NCBI GenBank assembly: GCA_965199715.1
Contig: OZ241322.1
Location: 1,310,824-1,374,823 of the forward strand
Direction of reading: 5' to 3'
DNA length: 64,000 bases
From: Vicinamibacteria bacterium
GTDB taxonomy: Bacteria; Acidobacteriota; Vicinamibacteria; Marinacidobacterales; Marinacidobacteraceae
Shown here: one piece after another, positions 9,711 through 20,568 of the stretch
Layout of the letters: each line of letters starts with the position of its first letter
Position numbering within the stretch: the stretch's first letter is position 1
Position numbers and translations under genes: made by a program
Notes under the pieces: model-generated
Told to the model about the DNA's origin: nothing
What the model saw: the letters and a program-made list of their open reading frames with translations, nothing else
Database searches by the model: none

Positions 9711-11443
9711 ACGCCGTCCGGCGCCGGCTGGCCCGCGTCGCCCAGGCGATCGCCGCCAGCGAATTCACGCTCCGGCCCGGCTTCTCGACCGCGCTCCATC
9801 TCGCCGTCGGCGCGGCGGTCGGCGGGGTCATCGTCTGCTTCATCCTCGTGACCGAGGCGCTCGCGGAGTTCGTCGTCCACGGCGAGAGCCTCGGAGTCCT
9901 GCGATACGGGGCTCCGATCGCGGGAACGCTCGTCGCCGGTTTCCTCCTCCACCGCTGGTTCGCCGAGGCGCGCGGCAGCGGCATCCCGCAAACCAAGGCG
10001 GCGCTTCTCGCCGGCGGCGGCCGGATCCCCCTGCGGGTGGCGATCGGGAAGTTCCTGTGCGGCGGGCTGACCATGGGCAGCGGCGTGCCGCTCGGGCGCG
10101 AGGGGCCGTCGGCGCAGATGGGCGCCGGGATCGCGTCGGCGTTCGGATCGCTGCTCGCGCTCAGCGCCGAGCGGCGGCAGCAGCTCGTGCCGGTGGGCAC
10201 GGCGGCCGCGATCGCCGCCGCCTTCAACACCCCGATCGCGGCGATCCTGTTCTCGCTCGAGGAGATCGTGGGCAACCTGCACGCCCGCGTGCTCGGATCG
10301 GTCGTGCTCGGCGCGGTGGCGAGCTGGCTGGTGCTGCGCCTCTCGCTCGGCGACGAGCCCCTGTTCTCGGTGCCGGCGTACGAGCTCGGGCATCCGGCGG
10401 AGCTGCTCATCTACGGGGTGCTCGGGTTCCTCGGCGGCCTCATGTCGGTGGCCTTCGTGCGGATGCTGCTGCGGCTGCGCCGGGAGTTCCGCGCGCTGCC
10501 GGCCAGGACCGTCTGGCTGCAGCCGGCCATCGGCGGACTCGCGGTGACGTCGGCGTGGCTGCTCCTGCCCGGCTTCTTCGAGGTTGGCTACGGCCCGGTC
10601 GGGCAGGCGCTCGCGGGCGAGCTTCCGACGACGACGATGGCGATCCTGCTGCTGGTCCACCTCGCGCTGGTGGTCGTCGCCTACGCCTCGGGAAACGCGG
10701 GCGGCATCTTCGGCCCCAGCATCTTCCTCGGAGCGATGCTCGGCGGATGCGTCGGCGGCCTCGCGAACCTGTGGTTCGACTTCGCGAGCGGGCCGGGGGC
10801 CTACGCGCTGGTCGGGATGGGCGCGGCGTTCGCCGGTATCCTGCGGGCGCCGATGGCGTCGGTGTTCATGATCTTCGAGATCACCCAGAGCTACGAGGTG
10901 ATCGTCCCGCTGATGATCGGGAACCTCGTGTCCTTCTTCGTGTCGCGGCGGCTCCAGCCGGTGACCGTGTACGAGGCGCTCGCGGCGCAGGACGGGATCA
11001 AGCTGCCCGCGGGCGACGAGGCGCACGAGCATCCGGTGGTGCAGGCGGCGATGCACCCGCCCCGCGAGGTGCTCGTTCCCGAGCTGACGGTCGAGGACGC
11101 GATCGAGCGGGTGGCGATGTCGGGCCGGCAGGCGTGGCCGGTCGCGCGGGGGTCGCGGCTCTTCGGCCTCGTGACGCTCGCCGAGCTGGAGCGGTCGCAC
11201 GAATGGGGGCAGGACCAGGAGCGCCTCGGCGACCTGCTGCGGGGCCGGCCGGCGCCGCACGTGTTCGCCGACCAGAGCATCGACCACGCCCTGGCGCACA
11301 TGGGACGCCTCGGGATCGAGTCCATTCCGGTGGTGAGCCGGGTGGACGCGCAGCGGCTCGAGGGCGTGGTCACGGTGGCGGACCTGATGCGCGCCTTCGG
11401 GCTTCCGAGCCAGGAGACTCCGCCGAGGGGGACGCCCGGGTGA
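9707..11443 (+). CDS. ClC family voltage-gated chloride channel/transporter with C-terminal CBS domain pair
   Basis: GTG start overlapping SSF stop (GTGA); ClC selectivity motifs GSGIPQ, GREGP, GIFGPS; C-terminal CBS pair. Lies in the same frame as the spurious 1098-aa track ORF 8147..11443. Confidence 0.8.
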   Translation: MNAVRRRLARVAQAIAASEFTLRPGFSTALHLAVGAAVGGVIVCFILVTEALAEFVVHGESLGVLRYGAPIAGTLVAGFLLHRWFAEARGSGIPQTKAALLAGGGRIPLRVAIGKFLCGGLTMGSGVPLGREGPSAQMGAGIASAFGSLLALSAERRQQLVPVGTAAAIAAAFNTPIAAILFSLEEIVGNLHARVLGSVVLGAVASWLVLRLSLGDEPLFSVPAYELGHPAELLIYGVLGFLGGLMSVAFVRMLLRLRREFRALPARTVWLQPAIGGLAVTSAWLLLPGFFEVGYGPVGQALAGELPTTTMAILLLVHLALVVVAYASGNAGGIFGPSIFLGAMLGGCVGGLANLWFDFASGPGAYALVGMGAAFAGILRAPMASVFMIFEITQSYEVIVPLMIGNLVSFFVSRRLQPVTVYEALAAQDGIKLPAGDEAHEHPVVQAAMHPPREVLVPELTVEDAIERVAMSGRQAWPVARGSRLFGLVTLAELERSHEWGQDQERLGDLLRGRPAPHVFADQSIDHALAHMGRLGIESIPVVSRVDAQRLEGVVTVADLMRAFGLPSQETPPRGTPG

Positions 11444-11450
11444 TCGCCCG

Positions 11451-11897
11451 ATGATCGCGGTCGTCCAGCGGGTGCGCGAGGCCGCCGTCGCGGTTTCCGG
11501 CGAGACCGTGTCCCGGATCGGCCCCGGCGCGCTCGTGCTGCTCGGCGTCGCTTCGGGGGACGCGCCCGCCGACGCGGACTGGCTCGCCCGGAAGATCGCC
11601 GGGCTGCGGATGTTCGAGGGCCCGTCGCAGCCGAGCCTGCTCGAGACCGGCGAGGAGGCGCTCGTCGTGTCCCAGTTCACCCTGCTCGGCGATTGCCGAA
11701 AGGGCCGGCGCCCGTCGTTCACGCGCGCCGCCCCCGGCCCCGAGGCCGACGTGCTCTACGAGGAGTTCTGCGAGCGGCTCGCCGCCGCCGGCGTTCCGGT
11801 CAGGCGGGGAGTCTTCGGAGCGAGGATGGACGTGTCGCTGCGCAACGACGGCCCCTTCACCCTGCTGGTCGAGAGCCCCGCGAAACCGGTGAAGTAA
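11451..11897 (+). CDS. dtd: D-aminoacyl-tRNA deacylase
   Basis: 148 aa, MIAVVQRV...SQFTLLGD motif typical of Dtd. Confidence 0.85.
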   Translation: MIAVVQRVREAAVAVSGETVSRIGPGALVLLGVASGDAPADADWLARKIAGLRMFEGPSQPSLLETGEEALVVSQFTLLGDCRKGRRPSFTRAAPGPEADVLYEEFCERLAAAGVPVRRGVFGARMDVSLRNDGPFTLLVESPAKPVK

Positions 11898-11947
11898 CCT
11901 TCCGCGTTTCCGGCGGAGCGACCGCCCAAACGCTCGAGGTGCTCCTC

Positions 11948-13042
11948 ATGTCGAAGATTCGCATCCGGCCGCCGCGGGCCGGCGCCCTGCTCCTCCTGCC
12001 GCTCGCGGCGTACGGCTGCGGCGCCGCGTCCGGTTCAGCCGGCCAGCAGGAGTGGGACGCGGACACGCTGGTGCCCCCGACGATCACGTCCGACGTGATC
12101 GGGGAGCTCGACGGGACGCAGATCACGATCGAGGATCTCTCGGGACGCGACCGGTTCCGGCTGGCCCAGCTCAAGAGCGAGTACTTCACCGAGGCCCACA
12201 AGGTGCTCGAGGACGCGGCTTTGGAGATCGCCCGCGAGCGGCTCATCGACGCCGCCGCCGTGGAGCTCGGACTCACCGTCAACGAGTACTACCGCGACGA
12301 GATCGGCATGCCCGAGCTCGGCGAGGAGCAGATCCGCCACCTCTACGACGCGAACGCGGGGCAGATGGGGGGGCGCTCGTTCGAGGAGATGGCGCCGGAG
12401 ATTCGCCGGCAGGTGACGAACCAGATGCTCGGGCAGGCGATCACGCAGCGGGGCGACGCACTGCTCGGCGAAGCCGACTGGACGCTCTCGGTGCCCGCGT
12501 ACCGGGTTCACGTCGAGACCGAGGGCCACGCCGCCGCCGGCCCCGAGGACGCCCCGGTGACCGTGGTCGTCTTCTCCGACTTCGAGTGCCCCTACTGCCG
12601 CCGCTTCAACGGCGCGCTCGACCGGGTCCGCGAGGAGTACGGCGAGCGGATCCGGCTGGTCTTCCGGCACTACCCGCTGCGCACGATCCATCCGCTGGCG
12701 CAAAAGGCCAGCGAGGCGGCGGCGTGCGCGCAGGACCAGGGCAGGTTCTGGGAGTACCACGACGCCCTTTGGCGGGAGATGGACCTCGGCGCGGAGACGC
12801 TCGAGCAGCACGCCCGGCTCGTCGGCCTCGACTCCGACGAGTTCACCGAGTGCCTCAACTCGGGGCGGAACTACGCGCGGGTGCAGGAGGATCTCGAAGC
12901 GGCGATGGACCTCGGCCAAGGCGGGACTCCGGCCGTCTTCGTGAATGGACGAAAGGTCGGCGGAGCGATCGGCTACGCCCAATTCCGCGCCGAGATCGAG
13001 CGCGAGCTTCCGGACGAGGAGACGGTCGATGCCGAGAACTGA
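11948..13042 (+). CDS. DsbA-family thiol:disulfide oxidoreductase lipoprotein (thioredoxin fold, CPYC active site)
   Basis: ATG at residue 86 of track ORF 11693..13042; lipobox LAAYGC; FECPYC motif; N-terminal SurA-like helical region. Confidence 0.7.
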   Translation: MSKIRIRPPRAGALLLLPLAAYGCGAASGSAGQQEWDADTLVPPTITSDVIGELDGTQITIEDLSGRDRFRLAQLKSEYFTEAHKVLEDAALEIARERLIDAAAVELGLTVNEYYRDEIGMPELGEEQIRHLYDANAGQMGGRSFEEMAPEIRRQVTNQMLGQAITQRGDALLGEADWTLSVPAYRVHVETEGHAAAGPEDAPVTVVVFSDFECPYCRRFNGALDRVREEYGERIRLVFRHYPLRTIHPLAQKASEAAACAQDQGRFWEYHDALWREMDLGAETLEQHARLVGLDSDEFTECLNSGRNYARVQEDLEAAMDLGQGGTPAVFVNGRKVGGAIGYAQFRAEIERELPDEETVDAEN

Positions 13043-13433
13043 CGAACTGAGCCCGGAAATCCGGGATTTCCTCGCGGCGCGCACCTTCGCCCATCTGGCG
13101 ACCCGGATGCCGGACGGCAGCCCGCAGGTCTCGCCGGTCTGGGTGGAGACCGACGACGACCTGATCGTGGTCAACTCGGCGGTGGGCCGGATCAAGGACC
13201 GGAACATCCGCGCCGACGCCCGCGTGGCGCTCTCGGCGATCCATCCGGAGGACCCCTACAGGGCGCTCATGATCCGGGGCCGGGTGGTCCGGATCACCGA
13301 GGAAGGCGGCGAGGAGGGGATCGACCGGCTGGCGCGGAAGTACGTCGGGACCGACCGCTACGAGTGGCGGCGGCCGGGCGAGGTCCGGGTGGTGTATTTC
13401 ATCCAGCCGGAATCCGTCGCGACGATGGGTTGA
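13029..13433 (+). CDS. Pyridoxamine 5'-phosphate oxidase family / PPOX-class F420- or FMN-binding protein
   Basis: ATG at residue 29 of track ORF 12945..13433; split-barrel FMN-binding fold signature (FAHLATRMPDGSPQVSPVW); overlaps upstream stop by 14 nt. Confidence 0.65.
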   Translation: MPRTDELSPEIRDFLAARTFAHLATRMPDGSPQVSPVWVETDDDLIVVNSAVGRIKDRNIRADARVALSAIHPEDPYRALMIRGRVVRITEEGGEEGIDRLARKYVGTDRYEWRRPGEVRVVYFIQPESVATMG

Positions 13434-13490
13434 TTCCCCGCCCGCCCCAAGGTTGATTCCCCGCCCGCCCCAGGGTTGATTCCCCGCTCG
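13428..13490. repeat. Tandem direct repeat, about 2.7 copies of a 23-bp unit GGTTGATTCCCCGCCCGCCCCA(A/G)
   Basis: Read directly: copy 1 at 13428-13449 (contains the PPOX stop codon), copy 2 at 13451-13472, diverged partial copy 3 from 13474; fills the whole 59-bp gap between convergent genes. Confidence 0.8.
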
Positions 13491-13492
13491 CG

Positions 13493-15211
13493 CTACGGCG
13501 TGATCTCCCGGCCCCCGATGAAGGTGCGCTCCACCCGGAGCTCCCGGATCCGGTCGGGATCGATGGCGAGGACATCGCCCGACAGCACGATGAAGTCGGC
13601 GAGCATCCCCCCGGCGATGGCCCCCTTCTCGTCCTCCTCGAAGGTGAAGAAGGCGGGAGCGCGGGTGTGGAGGCGAAGCGCCTCCTCGATGCTCACCGCC
13701 TCCTCGGGACCGCGCACCTCGCCGTCGAAGCCGCGCCGGGTGACCGCGGTCCACAGGGTGATGAACGGGCCGTAGGGCGCCGAGTCGGAGCCGTGGGAGA
13801 CCACCACCCCGGCCTCCTGCAGCGAGCGGGTCGGGTTCTGGGTGGCTTCCCGCAGCTTCGTCAGCGCTTCCTCGGCGTACGCGCCGAGCCCGACGGTGAA
13901 GGCCGGCTGGCTCGCGACCATGATCCCGCGCTCGGCCATGAGCGCCATCGTGTCGTCGGGCGGCTTGACCGCGACGTGGTGCATGTAGTGCCGGTGGTCG
14001 TCGCGCGGGCTCTCGTCGAGGATCCGGGCCATCTGCTCGGCCACCATCTTCACCGCGCCGTCGCCCATCGCGTGGATGCCGAGCTGCCAGCCGAGGTCGT
14101 GCGCCCGCTTGGCCACCGGGTGGAAGAGTTCCGCCGGGATGCGGATCGCGCCGAAGAAGTCGGGGCGGCCCGGATACGGCTCGAGCGACCAGAACACCGG
14201 GGCCGAGAGCCCGCCGTCGATGCTCATCTTGATCGCCCCGATCCGGAAGCGCTCGTCTCCGTCGCCGGTGACGAAATCGAGCGCCTCGAGCGCCTCGATC
14301 TCGCGCCGGACTCCCTCCTCGCCGTCGTCCCAGGTGTCGTGGCCCGGGCTCAGCCGCACCTGCATCGTCGCCCTCGGAAGCTCGGGGCCGTACCGGTCGT
14401 AGAGGTCGCGGACCGTCGGAATCCCCGGCGGCCGGATCCCGGCGATGTTCACGCTGGTGATCCCGAGCGCGGCAAGCTCGCCGAGCGAGGCCCGCATCGT
14501 CTGGATCCCGTCCTCGTAGTCCACCGGCGGAAGCCCCGGCATGACCCGGTCCACGATGCGCCGGGCCGACTCGAGGACCCGCCCGGTCGGCTCGCCGTTC
14601 ACGTTCCGGAAGATCCAGCCGCCGCCCGGATCGGGCGTGTCGCGGTCGATTCCGGCGAGCTCCAGCGCCAGCGAGTTGAGGAGGTAGGTGTGGGGTCCTC
14701 GCGTGAGGACCACCGGGTTTTCCGGGGCCGCCTCGTCCAGCAGCCAGCGATCGGGGATCCGGTCGTTCGGCCAGTCCATCCGCGTGAGGCCGCCCCGGAT
14801 CCACTCGCCCGCCGGCGTCCGCCCGGCCTCCGCCTCGAGCGCGGCCAGGAGTTCGCCGGCCTCGGTCGCCTGCGCGGACCACTCGGGCAACCCCGGCACG
14901 AGGCCGTCGCGCCACGGCTGCAGCGTCCGGCCCGGTCCGAGATGGATGTGGTTGTCGTGGAAGCCGGGCAGGACCGTCGCCCCGGCGAGATCCACTTCGA
15001 CCTCCGCTCCGCCGGGAAAGGAGGCCCGGACATCCGCGTCCGACCCCACGGCGGCGAACCGGCCGGCGACCACTGCGAACGACTCCGCGATGCGGAAGTC
15101 GTCGTCCACGGTCACGACGTGCCCGTTGCGGTAGATCGCGTCCGCGGACGGACCGCCCCCGCACGCGGAGCCGAGGCTCGCGAGCAGGGGCAGCTCGACG
15201 CGCAGGCGCAT
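13493..15211 (-). CDS. Amidohydrolase family metal-dependent hydrolase (YtcJ-like), lipoprotein
   Basis: 572 aa; lipobox LGSACGG; HDNHIHL metal-binding motif of amidohydrolase-3 family. Confidence 0.75.
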   Translation of the reverse strand: MRLRVELPLLASLGSACGGGPSADAIYRNGHVVTVDDDFRIAESFAVVAGRFAAVGSDADVRASFPGGAEVEVDLAGATVLPGFHDNHIHLGPGRTLQPWRDGLVPGLPEWSAQATEAGELLAALEAEAGRTPAGEWIRGGLTRMDWPNDRIPDRWLLDEAAPENPVVLTRGPHTYLLNSLALELAGIDRDTPDPGGGWIFRNVNGEPTGRVLESARRIVDRVMPGLPPVDYEDGIQTMRASLGELAALGITSVNIAGIRPPGIPTVRDLYDRYGPELPRATMQVRLSPGHDTWDDGEEGVRREIEALEALDFVTGDGDERFRIGAIKMSIDGGLSAPVFWSLEPYPGRPDFFGAIRIPAELFHPVAKRAHDLGWQLGIHAMGDGAVKMVAEQMARILDESPRDDHRHYMHHVAVKPPDDTMALMAERGIMVASQPAFTVGLGAYAEEALTKLREATQNPTRSLQEAGVVVSHGSDSAPYGPFITLWTAVTRRGFDGEVRGPEEAVSIEEALRLHTRAPAFFTFEEDEKGAIAGGMLADFIVLSGDVLAIDPDRIRELRVERTFIGGREITP

Positions 15212-15227
15212 CGGCCGAGGGATCCGG

Positions 15228-15656
15228 TCAGACGCCGATGAACTGCGCGTTCACTGTTCGGTCGCGCGGCCCGTCCAATTCGGCGAACAGGATGCTCTGC
15301 CACTGGCCCATGTTGAGCTGGCCTTCCTGGATCGGGATCGTGACGTTGTTGCCGAGCAGCGTCGCGCGCAGGTGAGCGGCGGCGTTCTTGCGCTCGCAGT
15401 CCGACACGTCCTCCCAGTTGTGCAGGTATCCGGCGTCGCCTTCCACGAGCCTCTCGAGGAACTCGTTCAGATCGGCCATCAGGGCGGCCTGGAACTCATT
15501 CAGGAAGATCGCGGTCGTCGTGTGGAGGGTCGAGAGCACGAGGAATCCGGCGCGGATGCCGGACGCCCGGGCGTGGTCGCGAACCCGCTCGCTGATGTTG
15601 TGAAGCTCCACCCGCGAGCCGGTCACGACCTTGAAGGTGCGGGCCATGACCTTCAT
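15228..15656 (-). CDS. YjbQ/UPF0047 family protein (secondary thiamine-phosphate synthase-like)
   Basis: Start moved to internal ATG (MKVMARTFKV, residue 46 of track ORF) giving a 142-aa product matching the YjbQ family length. Confidence 0.6.
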   Translation of the reverse strand: MKVMARTFKVVTGSRVELHNISERVRDHARASGIRAGFLVLSTLHTTTAIFLNEFQAALMADLNEFLERLVEGDAGYLHNWEDVSDCERKNAAAHLRATLLGNNVTIPIQEGQLNMGQWQSILFAELDGPRDRTVNAQFIGV

Positions 15657-15748
15657 CTGGCCTCGCGCCTCCACGGCGCCGCTCCCGGGCTTCTTGGCTG
15701 GCGCTATCGCTACGTTGGCCACGGACATGGGTACACTCCTCAGCGTTT

Positions 15749-17235
<1,487 letters not shown>

Positions 17236-17245
<10 letters not shown>

Positions 17246-18336
17246 GCCGCGTCGTCCGGCCCGGCGACGAAGCCGGGGTCGCCGCCGCGCTCGCAGCCGG
17301 CGAGAAGACGCTGATCCAGGGGGGCGGAACGCGCTCCGGCCTCGGGGCGCCGGTCGATCGGGCCGACGTGCGACTCTCGATGACCGGACTCGCCGGGATC
17401 GTGGAGCACCACGCGAGCGACTTCACCGTCGAGGCGTGGGCGGGCACGACGGTGGCGGCGCTGAACCGGGAGCTCGCGGCGAGCGGACAGTTCCTGCCGC
17501 TGGATCCGCCCCTGCCGGAGCGAGCCACGCTCGGCGGCGCGATCGCGGCCGGCGAGACCGGCTACCGGAAGGCGCCCGGCGCGCGGGCGGCGGACCTCGT
17601 GCTCGGGCTGCGGGCCGTCCTCGGCGACGGAACCCCGATCCGCTCCGGCGGCCGGGTCGTCAAGAACGTCACCGGGTATGACCTCGGGCGCCTCTTCACC
17701 GGGTCGCTCGGAACGCTGGGGGCACTGACCCGGGTCACGCTGCGGCTGCGCGCCCTGCCCGAGGCGTCGCGCACGGTCCTGCGGAAGCTCCCGCCCGACG
17801 ATGCGTTGGAAACGTTCGTGGAGCGGGTCGTCGCGGCCATGGCCGAAGAACCCGAAGCGGTCGCCGTCGCGCCGGGTCAGGACGGCTTCGTCCTCGCGGT
17901 CCGCACCGAGGGCCTTCGGGAGGAAGCCGCCGCCGGGCTCCCCGGTCCGGGAATCGAGGACGAGGACGACTTCTGGGCGCGCGTGCGCGACTTCCCGGTC
18001 GAGGAGCCGCGCCGGTTGGGAGCGTTCGGACTGCGCGGCGCCGGCAGCCGCGTCGCCGTGCTCGAAACGGCGTGGCGCTGGGCCGAGTGGGGACCGGCGC
18101 TCGCGCTTCCCGCGGTTCCCCGGGCGTACGCGGCGATCCCTCCGGCCCATCTGGACGCCGCGCTGCGGGCGGCCTCGGTCCCGGTCGCGATCGAGAGCGC
18201 GGCGCCGGGAATGGCCCCGGAGAACCCGTTCCACCCGCCGCCGGCCGCTCCGGTCGCCGCGCTGATGCGCCGGATCCGGATCGCGCTCGACCCTCGGGAT
18301 ACGCTCGCGCCCGGACGATTCCCGTGGACCCGATGA
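17236..18336 (+). CDS. glcE: Glycolate oxidase FAD-binding subunit GlcE family
   Basis: GTG start (residue 35 of track ORF 17134..18336) overlapping glcD stop; FAD_binding_4 domain (VKNVTGYDL). Confidence 0.7.
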
Positions 18337-19598
18337 ACCCCGAGCGCCAGAAGCTCTACGAGCAGACGCTCGCCTGCGTCCACTGCGGGCTGTGCCTCTC
18401 GGCGTGCCCCGCCTACGAGAACTCGCCCCGGGAGTCGCTCGCGCCCCGGGGCCAGGTGTTCAACGCCCGGGCGTTGCTCGAAGGCCGGCTGGAGCCGAGC
18501 GCCGGACTCGCCGACGAGCTCTACGAGTGCCTCGCCTGTCGGGGCTGCGAGACGGTCTGCCCCGCCGGCGTCCGGGTCGGGGCCATCGTGGAGGGCGCCC
18601 GCGGACTCCTCGCCGAGGAGGGCAGCGAGCCCCGGCTCACGCGGCTGATCCGCCGCCTTGCGCTCGGCCAGCTCGTGGCGCGTCCCGCCGCGCTGCGCCT
18701 CGCGATGGCCTCGCTGCGCCTCGCCGACCGCCTCGGCCTGCGAACGCTCGCCCGCCGGGTTCTCCCCGGGCGGCTCGCGTCCGGGGAGCGGCTGCTGCCG
18801 CGCATCCCCAAGCGGACGCCGCTGCCCCGAACCAGCGCGCCGGCGGGCGGGAGCCGGGGCCGGGTCGCGCTCTTCGCCGGCTGCGTCGCGCCGCACCTGC
18901 GGCCGAAGACCTCGCTCGCCGCGATCGAGGCGCTGACGCGCAACGGCTGGGAGGTTCTCGTCCCCAGGGGGCAGCAGTGCTGCGGGGCGCTCCACCTCCA
19001 CGCCGGGCTTCCCGAAACGGCCCGGAAGCTGGCCCGGCGGAACCTCGCGGCGTTCCCGGCTGGGGTCCCGGTCGTGACCACGGCGGCCGGGTGCGGCGCG
19101 GCGCTCGCCGAGACCGGCGAGCTTCTGGACGCTCCGGAGGCGCGCGCGTTCGGGGAGCGGGTGCGGGACGTCTCGGCGTTCCTGTGCGACGAGGGCTTCG
19201 AAGCTCCCGCGGCGCCCCCGAGGGACGGCCGGACGCGGGTCGTGTACGACGCGCCCTGCCACCTCTTCCACGCCCAGCGGGTGCGGGAGCAGCCGGTGAG
19301 GATCCTCGAGTCGCTCCCCGGCGTGGACCTCGTGCCGACCATGGACTCCGAGCGCTGCTGCGGCAGCGCCGGGATCTACAACGTCACTCGTCCGGAGACC
19401 TCGATGGCGGTCTTGGACCGGAAGATGGCGGGGGTCGCCCCGGCGCGCCCGGACCTCATCGCCACCGGCAACATCGGATGCCACCTGCAGCTTGCCGAGG
19501 GCGTCCGCCGCGCCGGGCTAGAGGCCGAGGTGGCCCATCCGGTGGAGCTGCTGGCGGACGCCTACCGCCGCTCAGGGCCTGAGAACGAGCTTCCCTGA
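18333..19598 (+). CDS. glcF: Glycolate oxidase iron-sulfur subunit GlcF family (2x4Fe-4S + CCG domains)
   Basis: ATG at residue 88 of track ORF 18072..19598, ATGA overlap with glcE; CxxCxxCxxxCP twice (CVHCGLCLSACP, CLACRGCETVCP) and two cysteine-rich CCG regions. Confidence 0.8.
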   Translation: MNPERQKLYEQTLACVHCGLCLSACPAYENSPRESLAPRGQVFNARALLEGRLEPSAGLADELYECLACRGCETVCPAGVRVGAIVEGARGLLAEEGSEPRLTRLIRRLALGQLVARPAALRLAMASLRLADRLGLRTLARRVLPGRLASGERLLPRIPKRTPLPRTSAPAGGSRGRVALFAGCVAPHLRPKTSLAAIEALTRNGWEVLVPRGQQCCGALHLHAGLPETARKLARRNLAAFPAGVPVVTTAAGCGAALAETGELLDAPEARAFGERVRDVSAFLCDEGFEAPAAPPRDGRTRVVYDAPCHLFHAQRVREQPVRILESLPGVDLVPTMDSERCCGSAGIYNVTRPETSMAVLDRKMAGVAPARPDLIATGNIGCHLQLAEGVRRAGLEAEVAHPVELLADAYRRSGPENELP

Positions 19599-20543
19599 GG
19601 TCGCGCGGCTCTCCAGCAGCCGGTGCGCCTCCGCCGCCTCGGCGAGCGGCAGCTCCCGGTCGATCGTGACCCGGAGCTTTCCCTGGGCGACGGCGCCGAA
19701 CACTTCGCCCGCCCGCCATGCGATCTCGTCCGGCGTGCTCAGGTAGTGCGGGAGCGAGGGCCGGGTGAAGAACAAGGAACCCGACGAAGCCAGCAGCATC
19801 GGCTCCACCGCCGGGACCGGCCCCGACGACTGCCCGAAGCAGACGAGCATGCCGCGCGGACGCAGCAGCGCGAGGCTCTTCCTCCACGTGGTCTTGCCGA
19901 CCGAGTCGTACACGACCGCGAGCCCGCCGTCGCCGAGCTTCTCCCGGATCGCCTCCTCGAAGTCCACCTCGGTGTAGCGGATCACGTGGTCGGCCCCGGC
20001 CGCCCGCGCCGCTTCGGCCTTGGCCTCGGTGGAGACGGTCGCGTACACCTCGGCGCCGAGCGTCCGGCACATCTGGCAGAGCAGGAGGCCGGTTCCGCCA
20101 GCGGCCGCGTGGATGAGCACCGGATCGCCGGACTGGACGCGGTACGTCGAGCGGACGAGGTAGTGCGCGGTCATGCCCTGGAGCATCACCGCCGCCACAT
20201 GCACCGGGCTGGCTCCCGGGGGCAGCTTCATCACCACCGGCCGGGGGAGGACGGCGCGCTCGGCGTAGTTCCCGTGCACCGTGAGGATGCCCACCCGGTC
20301 GCCGGGCGCGACATCCGCGACCCCGTCGCCGACCGACTCCACGATCCCCACGCCCTCGCCGCCGGGGGTGAAGGGCAGCGGCAGCGGGTAGAGGCCGGTC
20401 CGGTGGTACACGTCGATGAAGTTCACGCCGACGGCTTCCATCCGGACAGCTACGTGGCCGGGCCCCGGCGGCGGCGACTCGACCTCCTCGAACGAGAGGA
20501 CCTCGGGGCCGCCGCAGTTGTGGACGCGAATGGCCTTGTGCAT
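19572..20543 (-). CDS. Zinc-type alcohol dehydrogenase-like NADPH:quinone oxidoreductase
   Basis: Start at internal ATG MHKAIRVH (residue 94 of track ORF); MDR-family NAD(P)-binding motif AAAGGTG; 3' end overlaps glcF by 27 nt (convergent). Confidence 0.75.
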   Translation of the reverse strand: MHKAIRVHNCGGPEVLSFEEVESPPPGPGHVAVRMEAVGVNFIDVYHRTGLYPLPLPFTPGGEGVGIVESVGDGVADVAPGDRVGILTVHGNYAERAVLPRPVVMKLPPGASPVHVAAVMLQGMTAHYLVRSTYRVQSGDPVLIHAAAGGTGLLLCQMCRTLGAEVYATVSTEAKAEAARAAGADHVIRYTEVDFEEAIREKLGDGGLAVVYDSVGKTTWRKSLALLRPRGMLVCFGQSSGPVPAVEPMLLASSGSLFFTRPSLPHYLSTPDEIAWRAGEVFGAVAQGKLRVTIDRELPLAEAAEAHRLLESRATSGKLVLRP

Positions 20544-20568
20544 GGGGCGCATCCTACAATTTCCGGCA

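Noticed and set aside
8147-11443. 1098-aa ORF spanning the SSF and ClC genes
   Set aside because: Its first ~520 codons read through the SSF gene in another frame, giving R/G/A/P-rich low-complexity sequence typical of spurious frames in 70% GC DNA. Only the part from 9707 (the ClC gene, same frame) is real.
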